A DNA stretch of 64,000 bases from a virus (Duplodnaviria; Caudoviricetes), in the IMG/VR virus record IMGVR_UViG_3300049794_000047; one strand, written 5' to 3'. Under the pieces are notes generated by a model. That model worked only from the letters and a program-made list of their open reading frames with translations. It ran no database searches and was not told where the DNA came from. Each line of letters opens with the position of its first letter. The first letter of the stretch is position 1. Positions 31,931-43,624 of this stretch are shown in pieces. A program made the translations under genes and the position numbers.

Positions 31931-33214
31931 GGCGTTTTTATCTTTACCTGTGTAGAAGATAGACGTGTTGAGTACCGAATCGTGCCGGCACCGCTTCAAG
32001 AAAAGGAGTAGACCGCGGCTCGGATCGTGTCTGCGGTGAGTTCCTTGCCCATGGCTACATGTTCTCCTTGTCGTTGAGGTCGATCCCAAGGTTGCCTGTT
32101 CCGTTGACCTTGAGCGTGCGGAGTGCGGAGTCGGACAGGCTTGGTGAGTTCACTGGCGCGGATCCCGGCTCTGGCCTTTGGTGACCACGAGATCCTCCGC
32201 GGAGTTGATGACATCGGCGCAGTGCTGGCGGGCCTCTTTGGGCGTCAAACCAGAAAATGCGATCTCGTTCCCGTCGTCGTCGACGATGTCATCGGTCAGC
32301 GCCCGGTTGCACAGGTCGACCGTGGTCCAGTCGGCCGGCCTAAGACCCAGAGCGGCGATGCGGACCTGGCGGATCTGATGATCTGAGATCGTATCTGCAG
32401 TCAGCATGATGACCTTTTACTACAAAATACGGGCCAAGAAAAGCGGGTGGTAAGACTGCAATATCCTTCCGTAGGTAGCAGGCTACTCGTGTCGGAACAC
32501 GGAGCCGTGACGTCACACGCCACAACGCCGGCTCCGCGTTCCCCGTGGAGTGACTGGTGGTGCGGGGGTTATCGAGCTTGCAAGCTTCGCCTCGTGGCGC
32601 CTCACCAATGTCCCTCGATTTGCGGGCCAAGGGCGGGCGCGGTTAGCGAGCAATCGGAGGCGTGCAAGCCATCGCCGAATGTCTTCCGCGCACAGCACTC
32701 GACGACCGGATGGCTCCGCTTTTGCCATGTCCCACCAGAGAAGACGCGGCATCGACACCCGGTGTAACCCGGCCGGTAGCAACCCTCGTCAGTCGCAATG
32801 ACACGTGACGGCTTGCCTGTTACACCAAAGGTCATCCCCTCAGTACGAATGCCAACTGTCTCTACCCACGCAGAGAAGCAGCCGGGCACCTGCTTCTCCA
32901 CGAAGCACCACTCCTCCGGCGGATTCCAAGGCTCTCCGCGCGTGAGCCCCTTGCGAGTCACGAAGTCTCCTTGCGGAACACCAAGTCCGCGGCCACGTGA
33001 GCGTACTTCGAAACGTAGTCGCTGTTCATCGGGCAAGAGCGAATCCGAGAATTGTCGCCATGGCATCCGACGCGCGCGCTCCGCAAGCTTTGACCTCAGT
33101 TCGTCGCCGGTCAGCTTCGTCTTGGCTTTCTTTTTCGTCATCAGGCTTGCCTCCGCCTGAGCGTATCATAGAGCGTACGAAACTGAGGCAACGACTTGAT
33201 TTCGTTACCTTGCT

Positions 33215-33511
33215 TTACTCGACGCCCGTCTCCTCGTCCACGAAGTCGTCCGGCGGGTGGCCGCAGTGGGGGCACACCCGCGGCGAGAGCCACTGGCCGG
33301 CGAGCAACTCGTCCATGGTCACGCCCGCGAGCCGCGCCACCCGCAGCGCGAGCGCTGGCGTCACCGCACGCTTCCCGGTCGCCACCTTCTGGATCGAGTC
33401 CCACTCGTACCGGAGGGCCTTCGCCAGCGGACCCCAGGCACCGACGCGCAGCCGCAGGAAGCGAAGCGCCGTGCGCACGGCCTTCTGCTCCTTGGTGGTC
33501 AGGTCGTTCAC
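33215..33511 (-). CDS. IS-associated HTH protein with CPHC tail
   Basis: Paralogue of 9302-9682 and 19510-19804; preceded by transposase C-terminal remnant HNLCCVVKAI; followed by AAGGTAACGAAAT. Confidence 0.75.
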   Translation of the reverse strand: MNDLTTKEQKAVRTALRFLRLRVGAWGPLAKALRYEWDSIQKVATGKRAVTPALALRVARLAGVTMDELLAGQWLSPRVCPHCGHPPDDFVDEETGVE

Positions 33512-33642
33512 GACGCGCCCCCTGCCGGCACGAGCGCATCTGGCCAGGACGTCGGCGCCAACCCCGCAGTGAAGATCGCCTTCACGACGCAGCACAGGTT
33601 GTGGGCGACGCACGAGGTTCCGAACGTCAATGCCGAGGCTAA

Positions 33643-33728
33643 GGGGCTGGAACGAAATAACCTGGTCATTTCTGGTGGATCTTCGTCGGGGAATCGTTCA
33701 AATGACCAAGTTAATAAAGTCCAGCCCC
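33643..33728 (+). mobile_element. 86-bp MITE copy 7
   Basis: TIRs plus TAA duplication. Confidence 0.9.
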
Positions 33729-33917
33729 TAAGCGCCGGCTGCGCCACGCTGCGGCGACGCTTTGAGACGTTCGTCGTACGCGCCGACGGTTCTGATCCAA
33801 ACAATCACGATGGGATATCTACAAAACAGGTCGATCGGAAGAAAGTTCCCGGGAAGGACGATCTATCGGACTGAAAAACCGTTGGCCCTTGGTAAAACAG
33901 GCGTTATACTGTCCGCC

Positions 33918-34081
33918 GTGTCTTCCTTGCATCTAGTAGCTGTAAAGCTCACAAAGAGACAACTAAGCGCGCTTGACGATGAAGTCAAGAGGCAGCGAAG
34001 AGACACCTTCAAAACAAGCGCCTCGCGCTCGAGCGTGCTTCGCGAGGCCCTCGAAAAAATGGTGAAGCGTGCCCAGGCTAA
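33918..34081 (+). CDS. RHH/CopG-like regulator (original stop displaced by a MITE)
   Basis: VAVKLTKRQLSALD...SRSSVLREAL; TATACT 7 nt upstream of the GTG. Confidence 0.65.
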
Positions 34082-34445
34082 GGGGCTGGACTTTATTAAC
34101 TTGGTCATTTGAACGATTCCCCGACGAAGATCCACCAGAAATGACCAGGTTATTTCGTTCCAGCCCCTAAGTAGTTTTTTCGGAATTGTGATCTACATGT
34201 ATTTCAAGGATCATGGACCTCCACATTTTCATGCAGTTTTTAACGGGCACGAAGCTGAAATCAGTATCCGCACGATGAAGGTGCTGGCAGGCTCACTTCC
34301 CCGCCAACAGCTTGCTTTCGTAATTACGTGGGCCAGCCTGTATCAGGCAGAGTTGTTCAGGGCTTGGGAAGCTGCTTCAGCGCATAAGGATCCCGCGAAA
34401 ATCCCGCCGCTTGCCAAGCAGTCACGGCAGAAAGCAAAGAAATAA
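34069..34445 (+). pseudogene. DUF4160-family toxin gene interrupted by a MITE at codon 4
   Basis: Removing the MITE and one TAA restores MPRLSSFFGIVIYMYFKDHGPPHFHA. Confidence 0.85.
34082..34167 (-). mobile_element. 86-bp MITE copy 8
   Basis: TIRs plus TAA duplication; empty site can be reconstructed. Confidence 0.95.
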
Positions 34446-34753
34446 TGCGGGTAATTTCAGCCCGTGTTCAAGGTCAAAGCGTGATCCTTTGCCTTGCCGA
34501 TGGTTCCTGCATCGAGCGCGATTTTTCCTTCGTGCGGGGGGGCGCGCTCGATAGTATCCACGGCAAAGACGGTCTTGATCGGCGCGTGCGCATTGCACAC
34601 AATGCGCTCGTGTGGCCTGGCGAAATCGATTTTGGTCTTGACACAGTTGTATGGGGGTTTCCACGGGGGCGACGGCGACGCCCCCTCAGACATGCAATGA
34701 TCGGAGCACAAGGATCGCTAATCCCCTCACCTCTTGTGCGCGAGTTGAGATAA
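34445..34753 (+). CDS. DUF2442-like antitoxin
   Basis: Coupled to the DUF4160 gene; L.LADG...DF..., ALVWPGEIDF pattern. Confidence 0.7.
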   Translation: MRVISARVQGQSVILCLADGSCIERDFSFVRGGALDSIHGKDGLDRRVRIAHNALVWPGEIDFGLDTVVWGFPRGRRRRPLRHAMIGAQGSLIPSPLVRELR

Positions 34754-34884
34754 ATTATGAGAGGCCAAGTCAGGGGGCCATGAAAAAGCCTCGCGCGCCG
34801 TCACAAGCAAGGCGAAAGTTCACCGCACCACGGACCGCCGATCGCTGCACCGCGAACGTCGTGCTCCGCGACGGATCTGGCGCC

Positions 34885-34969
34885 GGGCTGGAACGAAATA
34901 ACCTGGTCATTTCGGGTGGATCTTCGTCCGAAAATCGGGCAAATGACCAAGTTAATAAAGTCCAGCCCC
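34885..34969 (+). mobile_element. MITE copy 9 (left end lacks one G and the target duplication)
   Basis: 85 bp; right TAA present. Confidence 0.85.
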
Positions 34970-34975
34970 TAACGC

Positions 34976-35004
34976 TTGACGAATCGTTAAACGATTGCTA
35001 GGTT
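34976..35004 (+). promoter_or_regulatory. Sigma70-type promoter with palindromic operator (copy 1 of 3)
   Basis: TTGACG-AATCGTTAAACGATTGC(17)-TAGGTT, ATG 7 nt later. Confidence 0.75.
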
Positions 35005-35403
35005 GAGGGACATGACGATCCACTGCCCCGACCCGCAGTCCAATCCGCCCGACCTCATCGTCCGGTCCGGCCGCGAGAGCCTACCGCTGGAGGATCGTAT
35101 CGCGCTGATGGAGGCTAACTGCGTCCAACTCGAGGCCGACGCCGGACGCAACCCGAACTGGCGCGGCGCTGCGTGCGGCATCTTGTTCTCCGAGTGGGAT
35201 CGCCAAGACCACACCGATCACGGCTCGAAGGCCCACGCGTTCAACAGCATGCTCGGGCGCCTCCGTGGCCTGACCCAGACCTACCGCAAGGAGATCGGCA
35301 TCCGCGAGGGCTGGCTGTCGCGTTACGAGTGCGAGATCCTGGCGTGGCGCCGCGGTGGTTTCTTCGAGTGGCGTCAGATCAGGCACGAGGCCGACCAGCG
35401 CCC

Positions 35404-35586
35404 ATGAGCCGCGCATCCCGGACCGGCGAGCCCGGCAAGCTGGTCGGCGTCCGCGCCGCCCCAGCCGAGCGCGATCAGTGGGAGCGTGCCGCGAAGCAGG
35501 CCGGCCACCCAACGCTCAGCGCCGCGGTCGTCAAGGTCATGAACGCGTGGGCCCGGCGGGTCCTGCAAGGAGGCAAAGGTCGATGA
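35404..35586 (+). CDS. Small RHH-like protein (duplicated at 43442-43624)
   Basis: GKLVGVRAAPAERDQWERAAKQAGHPTLSAAVVKVMN. Confidence 0.6.
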   Translation: MSRASRTGEPGKLVGVRAAPAERDQWERAAKQAGHPTLSAAVVKVMNAWARRVLQGGKGR

Positions 35587-36220
35587 GCTGGCGCGACGCT
35601 GCCGTTGACCAGCCCTGGGCGTAGACCATAGCTTCCTGAGGCCGCGGTGATGCGGGCAAGAAAGGAGCCGCCATGAGCGACAGGAGATTGCAGATGATCA
35701 AGATCGATATCCCGCTAGATCTCGCCGGGTCGGTCGCTGCGGCGATCTACTCGCACGCCGACATGTACCGCCGCGACAAGGGCCACAGCCCAGAAGACAT
35801 CGCGCTGATCTGTGCAGACGCCGATCGGATGGAGGTGATCGCGGAGGAGCTCGACACACGAGCCGGTCGTATGGAGGATGATCGACGGAGCGCGGGCCAC
35901 TCTGATGCGGGCCCGGGGTGGGCTGTGAGTGCCACGTGCCCGAGGTGCGGCGCGCTTCACGACATGTCGCCAGGGTGGTGCTTGTGGTGCGCGTGGGGAT
36001 GGGGCCGGAACCCGAGCCTGCCATCTCCCCCGCGTCTACCCAAGCCGGATCCTCTTTGACGTTGTCAGCGTTGCCCGCGTTGTGAAACCGTAGCGATGTT
36101 AACAGCATAGCACTAGTTTCCGAAGAACATCGTAGAGGATCCGGTGCCGGTTACCGACGGAGCGCACCGCGTCAAACCGAGGCGTATCCCGTCTGTCTAC
36201 ACAAAGTGAAGGAACCGAAA

Positions 36221-36856
36221 ATGCCAGCAAAGCCCCGCTTCAAGAAGCGACCCGTGCCCGCCCCGATCGAGACGCCGACCGGTAGTCTCCGCGTCTGGTG
36301 GATCCCACAGGTCCCCGGCCAGCCGTTCCGCGTGCCGGTTGCTGACATCTCGCAGGCCAAGTTCCTGCTGACGACGCTCGCCAATTACGACCTGTTCCAG
36401 TTCGAGCAGCGAATCAAGGGCGACTACGCGAACATCGGCGGTTTGGAGGTGTTCGAGGACGGCGAGTGGTTCGAGTGGAACAACGAAGACGGCGAGGATA
36501 GCGTAGCCATGGGCGTAGAGCACAGCGCGTTCGTCGCCTACGGGGCCAAGGTCACCCTGAAGGATGACGCGTCAATCGATGACCTCGATCAGTGGATGAG
36601 CAAGACCGGGAAGGAGTTCGGCTTGGGCTACGTCGAGTGGGGGGCTCTCAGCTACGGTGGCGACGGTGGCTTCGTGGTCGGCGATCGCCGGTTCATGAGG
36701 ACGCACGACTTCGGCGACGCCGGGGTCGGTTCGCTGTCGGTGACCAGCCCGCCGACCGATACCGAGAGCCGGCTCGCGCAGGCCATGGAGCGCGGTGCGC
36801 CGTTCAGGCTCGACGGCGATGGCGTCCGGTGGTGGGTCGGAGGTTGCACGTGGTGA
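36221..36856 (+). CDS. Phage P22 gp17-like superinfection-exclusion domain fused to an unknown domain
   Basis: LRVWWIPQVPGQPFRVPV...LANYDLFQFEQRIKGDYANIGGLEVF..WFEW resembles the gp17 family as I recall it. Confidence 0.65.
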   Translation: MPAKPRFKKRPVPAPIETPTGSLRVWWIPQVPGQPFRVPVADISQAKFLLTTLANYDLFQFEQRIKGDYANIGGLEVFEDGEWFEWNNEDGEDSVAMGVEHSAFVAYGAKVTLKDDASIDDLDQWMSKTGKEFGLGYVEWGALSYGGDGGFVVGDRRFMRTHDFGDAGVGSLSVTSPPTDTESRLAQAMERGAPFRLDGDGVRWWVGGCTW

Positions 36857-37669
36857 CCACCAACCACGACCCTGGAGACGAGGACCGCTCGGTCGTCACC
36901 TACTGCTCGAACTGCGGCGACCCGTTCGACATGCCACCGGCCGACGATCCGACATTCGCTGCGACGTTCCGCCGCTGGAGACCCTGTCCGAACCCCTCGC
37001 CGGGCCGCCCGTTGGTCGACTGCGGCGTGGGCGGTCACATGTACGAGGAGAGGGTGCCGAGATGCAGTTGAAGGAAGGAACGAAGACATGAGCGACGAGA
37101 ACAATAGGGGACCATTCGTGCTGGCGCTGACACTCGAATGTCAGGCAACAGAGAAGCAGCGCAAGCGAAACTTCGCGCTCTACCAGCGGCTCAAGGACGG
37201 CGACCCGACGGCGCGCGGCAATGGCGTTGGGCTCTCTGCGTTCTCGTACGACGTTCCGATCGAACGTCTGAACATCGGGCCCGATGGTAAGTCGTTTTCG
37301 TTCAGGCTCAGCGGGCGGCGGTCAGTGCCGGGCCTGACATCCGACCGTCCGCGCATCGACGATGATCGGCTGCTGGCCCGAGGTGCAGAAGATCCTCGAC
37401 TCCAGGACGCCATCCGACTGCACGCTGCGCTCCGGCCTCTGCCAGGTGCCGTCGTAGTCCGGATCGCCGATCGGCGTTGGCCAGCACTCGAAGTGGCCCG
37501 AGCGGCGGATCCCGGTGCGCAGGTCGTACCCTACAGGACAGCTCGCGGTCACCGGCGGATCGCGAAACTGAGGGCGAGGAGTAGGAGGCCGACGAGCCAG
37601 TAGAGCATGCCGCCGAGCGTTGCTGCGATGACGCGAGAGGTCGAAATGCCGAGCGTTGACGTTTCCGTG

Positions 37670-37698
37670 TTGACAAACAAGCAGGCTGGTACTACTCT
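37670..37698 (+). promoter_or_regulatory. Sigma70-type promoter, leaderless geometry
   Basis: TTGACA-17-TACTCT, ATG 6 nt later (37705). Confidence 0.65.
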
Positions 37699-39762
37699 GT
37701 TCTCATGACGAACACGAACCGCATCCCGAACGGAACCACGGTACAGCTCGACGACGGCACGACGGCCTTCGCCTACGCCGACGTCGACGGCACCTACCGC
37801 ACCGCCCAGCGCAACCCCGTCACCGGCGGAACCCGGGTTGATCTGGGCTGGCGCCGCGAGCAGCTCCGGGCCCTGCCCGGGTACCCGACCCCGCAGCTGT
37901 AGAGGTTCACGTCCGCATCACCACCGCGTTCCATCAGGCCGAGCTCGCCGATCTGCGGCAGGCGTACATGGCCGAGCGCGTCGCATAGTGATCTCATGAT
38001 CAAGGCAACCATCGAGCACACCCTGACGGAACTCAGCGCACGCAACGATCTGAGCGTCGCGGAGCGAAACCTGATGCGCGACTGCGAGATCGCCCTTGGG
38101 ATGACCGACGCCAAGCCGCAGACCGTCGCCGCGGCGTGGAAGCGCTGCAAGCGCGTCGTGCTGAACGACATCCGTGGCTAAGCCGCCCATGACTCGCCTC
38201 ACCCTCCTCGAAGCCGCCTCCGCCTCTGGCCTCAGCTACCGCCAGGTCTACCGCCGGGTCGTGCAGCAGTCCGTGGTGCCCAGCGAGCGCGAGGGCCAGA
38301 GCTACACGATCGCCGCAGCGGACGTCGCGCTGCTGGTGCCGCGGGCGCCTGCGAAGGATCCCAGGCCGGGGATCACGCTGCGTCCGTCGGTAGAGCAGGC
38401 GCGGGCGTGGAAGCGCGCCGCGGGGCGCAGGACGATGAGCGGGTGGCTGTTGGCGCTGGCCAACGCGGCGTCAGGGTGGGATGGGTAGCCGGACCGCGCG
38501 TGAGCGGCGCCGTCACCACCGCGTGCCATCCGGTCGCCGCGTCGTGTGCTTGGCCAGCCAAATACCGAGCATCACAAAGCCGATCGGCATCAGCATCGAC
38601 GTCGCGGCCCAGAGCCAAGCGAGCACGCCGCTTGACCAGGAGAGCCGCCGGAGCGGACGTCGCCGATCGCTGCCCCGACTGCGATCTCCCGTTGGCCACA
38701 GCGGCCGACTACGCTGCGATCCCAGAGGGCCAAGGCGGTCACCTCTGCTGGCGCGCGTGGAACGTGGACATCTGCATGCACCCACCCGTCGACTGGCGAG
38801 CGCGGGCGCTGAAGGCGGAGGCGGATGCCGACCGGCAGCGTCAGGCTGACCGGGAGCGGATCACCGCGGCCGACGCGGTCCGTGCATTGCTCGACGCACT
38901 GGCGCATCCCGATGGCCGGTGCGTTCGCAAGGCTTGGGACGACGTCGTGTTGCTGTACGGCCGGTTCGGCAGTTCGGCAGCGTCATGAAGCGGTCCGCGT
39001 TCGAGGCGTATCTGGATGACCTCGCCGGAGTGGCCCGATGACCACCCCGCTCCACATCGGGTTTACGGGGACCCGCGGTGGCATGTCGCTGTCGCAGTTC
39101 ACCGCCGTCGAAACCCTGCTTCGTCAGCACCGGGCCGCGAGCAGCATCATCGGCCATCACGGCTGCTGCGTAGGGGCCGACGCCGAGTTCCATCGACTGC
39201 TCCGTCGAATCGACGCATTCATCGTCGGACACCCGGGACAGAGCTGGCCCAACGGTCCGCTCCGAGTCACTTTGGCCCGGCGAGAGCGACGTGGACGTGT
39301 TGCTTGCGAGCGAGCGCTGTCGCTTCCGTGATCGCCTCTGTGATCTGAGACGCGTCGAGGAACTTCTTTCGTCGCGGGCCCGTCAAGCGTTCACCATCCG
39401 ACACAGTTCCTCCAGATGTTTGACTGCACAGGTACCCAATTCCTGTTCCACAAGATCTCGGAGGCGCGCATAGCGCGCCTTTGACTTGCACAGCGACAAG
39501 TCTGCACCCGTTTCCACACTGTCGCGGAGCCGACAGGAAGCCGTGGTGCGCAAGATACGGGTAACGGAGTACCCGGGGAGCAGCCCACGCGTTGCCTGGG
39601 TTCAAGTTGCAGGTATGGCTCACGAAGCTTCCTTCAGCGTGGATCGCCTCGTCCGTCCCTTTGGGGGGCAGTTCGGTCTCGCGGACGGATGCACTGCTCT
39701 TGAGGCTTGTTTGGCCTGCCAGTGTTTTTGTACAAAACCGTCGCCACATGGTACAATGAAAC

Positions 39763-40212
39763 ATGCAGAAGATTGAGGTGTCAAGGCTGCGCGGCAACCT
39801 TCTCAGCGTGCTGACCGAGGTCTCGGCCAGAGGCCCGGTTGCGATCACGCGCCATGGCCGCGTGATCGCGACGCTGTCAGGGCCTCCTGAAGAAGAGTCC
39901 TCCACGAAGTTCGTGGTCGATCGTCGCCGTCTGCGCCGACTTTGTAGACAGCATCATATCCACCGCCTGGCCTTGTTCGGATCGATCCTGCGCGATGACT
40001 TCGGGCCAGACAGCGATATCGATGTTCTCGTCGATCCCGAACCTGGATGCCTACGGACGCTCATCGAGCGCGCAGCTGCAGAAGATGCACTGTCCAAACT
40101 GTTCGGGCGCCCGATCGACTTCGTCAAGCGCCATGTGATTGAAGCAAGTTCCAACGAGATTCGCAAGCGCGCGATCCTGAGCACGGCGCGGGTGATCTAT
40201 GAAGCCTCGTAG
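39763..40212 (+). CDS. MNT antitoxin (minimal nucleotidyltransferase) with N-terminal Phd/YefM-like domain
   Basis: N-terminal LRGNLLSVLTEV..GPVAITRHGRVIA; C-terminal LFGSILRDDFGPDSDIDVLV. Confidence 0.85.
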   Translation: MQKIEVSRLRGNLLSVLTEVSARGPVAITRHGRVIATLSGPPEEESSTKFVVDRRRLRRLCRQHHIHRLALFGSILRDDFGPDSDIDVLVDPEPGCLRTLIERAAAEDALSKLFGRPIDFVKRHVIEASSNEIRKRAILSTARVIYEAS

Positions 40213-40630
40213 CGCTCTGACGGAGTTCGAGTGTGACGAGGCCCGACGACTCGACATGCTGCAGGCTGCAGACACGATCCGTGGTTATCTCCGCGCGGTC
40301 ACGCGGGCGAAGTTCACGGGGATGGTTCTCGACGCAGTGCTCCGGCAACTCGGGATCTTCGGAGAGGCCGCCGCAGGATTCTCTGGGGCTTCCCGTCGGC
40401 AATATCCAGACATCCCGTGGGGATCCGTCGTGCGCCAGCGTCAGTACGTGATCCACCAATACTTCGACGTCGACCTGGACGAGGTGTGGGACGCGGCAGC
40501 GCACACGGTGCCTGAATACGCGCGGATGCTGCGTGCAAGGTCGCTCAAACGGTCGTCGGCCCAGCTGGAAGCTGAGGTCGTGCTTGCTCTTAAAAACGCG
40601 AAGAAGAACAAACTCCGGTCGAAGAAGTAA
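40199..40630 (+). CDS. HEPN (DUF86/HepT) ribonuclease toxin
   Basis: DAVLRQLGIFGEAA, PDIPW, RQYVIHQYFDVD (RX4H). Confidence 0.85.
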   Translation: MKPRSALTEFECDEARRLDMLQAADTIRGYLRAVTRAKFTGMVLDAVLRQLGIFGEAAAGFSGASRRQYPDIPWGSVVRQRQYVIHQYFDVDLDEVWDAAAHTVPEYARMLRARSLKRSSAQLEAEVVLALKNAKKNKLRSKK

Positions 40631-41400
40631 CCGTGGATTCTACCTGCGCGACGCGAGCGCTGCTCGCCTGCTCGTCCAGGTGTTCCACATGTTCGAGCAG
40701 CCGCGAAACAACGTGGGAGGCTTCCCGTTGGTCGGGGGCTTCACGAGCGACAGCGCTCGCGACACGGCGATGACCGATGCTTCGGACGCGGACGTCGCGT
40801 GGGTGCACCCGGGTCGCGACGGCGGTGGAACCGCGGCGAATCTCGCGCGGCGCTACTTCAAGAAGACCTGAGCCTTCACGAGCCATCCTCGCCGTAGGCT
40901 TCGAGCGCGCAGTGGTGACAGCAGGAGTGCATCGCCTCGTGATAGCCCCATCAGGTCGAACAACGCTCTGGACGCGATCACCGCGCAGCCTTCAAGCAGG
41001 TTGTCGCTTGGCTCCATGAAGTCGTTGGTCCGAGCAACGACACCGGCTTGGTTCCGACGCCTCGACTTCGAGACCGTACCGGCCGTTGCGCGCGGCAGCG
41101 GCGAGCCACCTAACGCGGCCGGTATTGAGAAGCGCCTCCACGAGGTTACCCTGGTCACCTGTCGTCACCACCACGAAAACTCGGCTGCTGTCCACGTCTT
41201 GAAAGTTGAGCATCTCGCGTGCCGGGGCTGGTCCTGCGGGGCAAGCTGTTGAAAGTCGTGATCCGGGCAGGTACTTACCGGGACTGCGTTTCACAGGTCC
41301 CAGATCGCACCGTCGTGGCGGAGATACGGGTGGTGAATTGCCCAGGCAACGAAAAACAGGGACGTCTCGGCGATAGACGAACCCTCTGCCTCGGGGACGC

Positions 41401-41429
41401 TTGACGAATCGTTTAACGATCGCTAGGTT
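41401..41429 (+). promoter_or_regulatory. Promoter/operator copy 2
   Basis: TTGACG-AATCGTTTAACGATCGC-TAGGTT; followed by a truncated copy of the gene at 35012. Confidence 0.75.
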
Positions 41430-41567
41430 GAGGGACATGGCGATCCACTATCCCGACCTGCAGTCTAATCCGCCCGACCTCATCGTCCGGTCCGGCCGCG
41501 AGAGCCTACCGCTGGAGGTGTTTTTGCGGGGCCGGGAGCGGGGATAGCGAAGCGCTTAACAAAGCCC

Positions 41568-41596
41568 TTGACGTTTCGTTAAACGATTGCTAGGTT
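41568..41596 (+). promoter_or_regulatory. Promoter/operator copy 3
   Basis: TTGACG-TTTCGTTAAACGATTGC-TAGGTT, ATG at 41604. Confidence 0.75.
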
Positions 41597-43441
41597 GATG
41601 GGTATGACGATGACTCGGATCGAAGCGGAAGAACGCGCCGCTCTGCTCTGGTCGAGCGGTGACGCGATCGGTCAAGTCCGATGGCGACGCTACCGGACTC
41701 CGCGCTTCTGGGTCGGGGTGTGCTTCTCCGATGGACGCAAACCGCAGACCAAGGGATCCAGCAACGTCGATTGGGAATCGGCGTTCGCGATCGCCACCGG
41801 AGCGCTGCAATGAGCTTCGTGTCTCACCTTGACGACGAGACGTGTCAGCACGTCGCTGACGGGACCGGACGCTGCGATCGGCCGGCGCTGTGGCAGGTGT
41901 TCGTGAGCAATGGCTCCCGCTCGTACTTCGCCTGCGACATTCATCTGACGAAGATTTCGCAAGCCATGCACGACGACAACGCGCGGCGTGTGACCGGCGG
42001 ATGCATGAACCTCAAGCGACTGAAGGACAGATATTCATGACCGACTGGATCAGAAACCCGCAACTCGGGTACGCGAGACGCATCGTGACCATGCTGGACG
42101 ACAAGGCGTGGGAGGTCGACTACCTGGTCAGCAAAGACGAGTTGCTGACCAAGCACTCCGTCCCGCGGGTCTCGCGCTCCACCCGCGCATGGGCGAATGC
42201 GCATCGTTGGCGCCTCACTGCCCGGGTGACGCGCGATGCTCTCGGCAGCGGTCACCCAGACAAGTATACGTACCTGATGCGCACCGACGACAGCGAGGGG
42301 TACTCCACCATGGCCGCAGCGCAGGCTGCAGCGGAGTGGACCGCCGTACACGGGTTCCACCACGTCCCAGCGAGGGGGTGGACGCCGAACGGAGAGGGTA
42401 TGTACGCCGCGCAGCGCGAGAGCCTCGGGCTTCCGGTCAAGGACCGCGTGAGGGACCTGCCATGAAAATCGACATCTGGGTTGCGAAGGTTCGGCTCGTT
42501 CGCGATGCCGCTGGGCCGCTCGCCCACAAGCCGAGCTGCAGCTACGCCGTGCTGGCCACGAGCGGTGTCCGAGCCGCGACGGTCATCTGCGATCACCTGA
42601 CATCGATCTGGACGACCGCCGGCGTCGTGTTCGAGGTCACCGAGCTGCGGTGCCGAGGCGACATCCTGCAGATCGACTCGTACGATAACGTCAAGAAGCC
42701 GCACGAGGCGTCGGCGATCGCGACGCTCAACCTCGATCGGCCGGTGGTGTCATGAGCAAACCCGCGGTCAATCTCTCATGGCTCGCCTCGCGTTCCGGTC
42801 CGGTTACCGACCAGCAGCTCAAGCAAATCCAGGAATGGCTCGATGCCGACTGGGAATCGCACGACGTCGAACGTGACGCGGTCCGGCTGATCGGTCGGCT
42901 GGTCGCTACTCTTGACGAGGAGCGCAAGCCGGAGCGCGAGCGCGATGCACGTTACGATGATGCGGCTGCTCGGAGGCCCAAGCCGTGAAACACAGACCTC
43001 TCACGCGCCGTCAGCACCAGATGCTCGGGGACGCGTACGACCACATGATATCCAACGGCGGGAAGACCGACTGGTCTGCCTTGATGGCACCGTGTCCTTG
43101 CATCGGTGATCTCCGCGTCCTCGGCGGCCTGGCGTTGCGTGGGCTGATGACCGACGGCGATCACGGTAACGAACCGCCCGCGATCACGGTGTGGTTGCGC
43201 TGGATCCGGATAACGCCGGCCGGCGTGGTCGAGTGGGAGCGGATCTTCGCCAAGCGCCAGTCGGAAGTAACTACGCCATGACGCCAATCGTCGCTTACCT
43301 CGTCATGGTCGTCTGGGGCATCGTGCTCCTGATCGCGGTCCAGCACACTAACGACACATGGAGTGACCTCTGGCGCGTGCTTCGTCAGCCGTTGCCCTGG
43401 CATGGTGTTCCGCGCATGATCGCCCGATGGAGATCTGCTCG

Positions 43442-43624
43442 ATGAGCCGCGCATCCCGGACCGGTGAACCCGGCAAGCTGGTCGGAGTCCGCGCTGCGCC
43501 AGCTGAGCGCGATCAGTGGGAGCGTGCCGCGAAGCAGGGCGGGCACGCAACGCTCAGCGCCGCGGTCATCAAGGTCATGAACGCGTGGGCCCGGCGGGTC
43601 CTGCAAGCAGGCAAGGGTCGATGA
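43442..43624 (+). CDS. Small RHH-like protein (duplicate of 35404-35586)
   Basis: Near-identical sequence. Confidence 0.6.
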   Translation: MSRASRTGEPGKLVGVRAAPAERDQWERAAKQGGHATLSAAVIKVMNAWARRVLQAGKGR

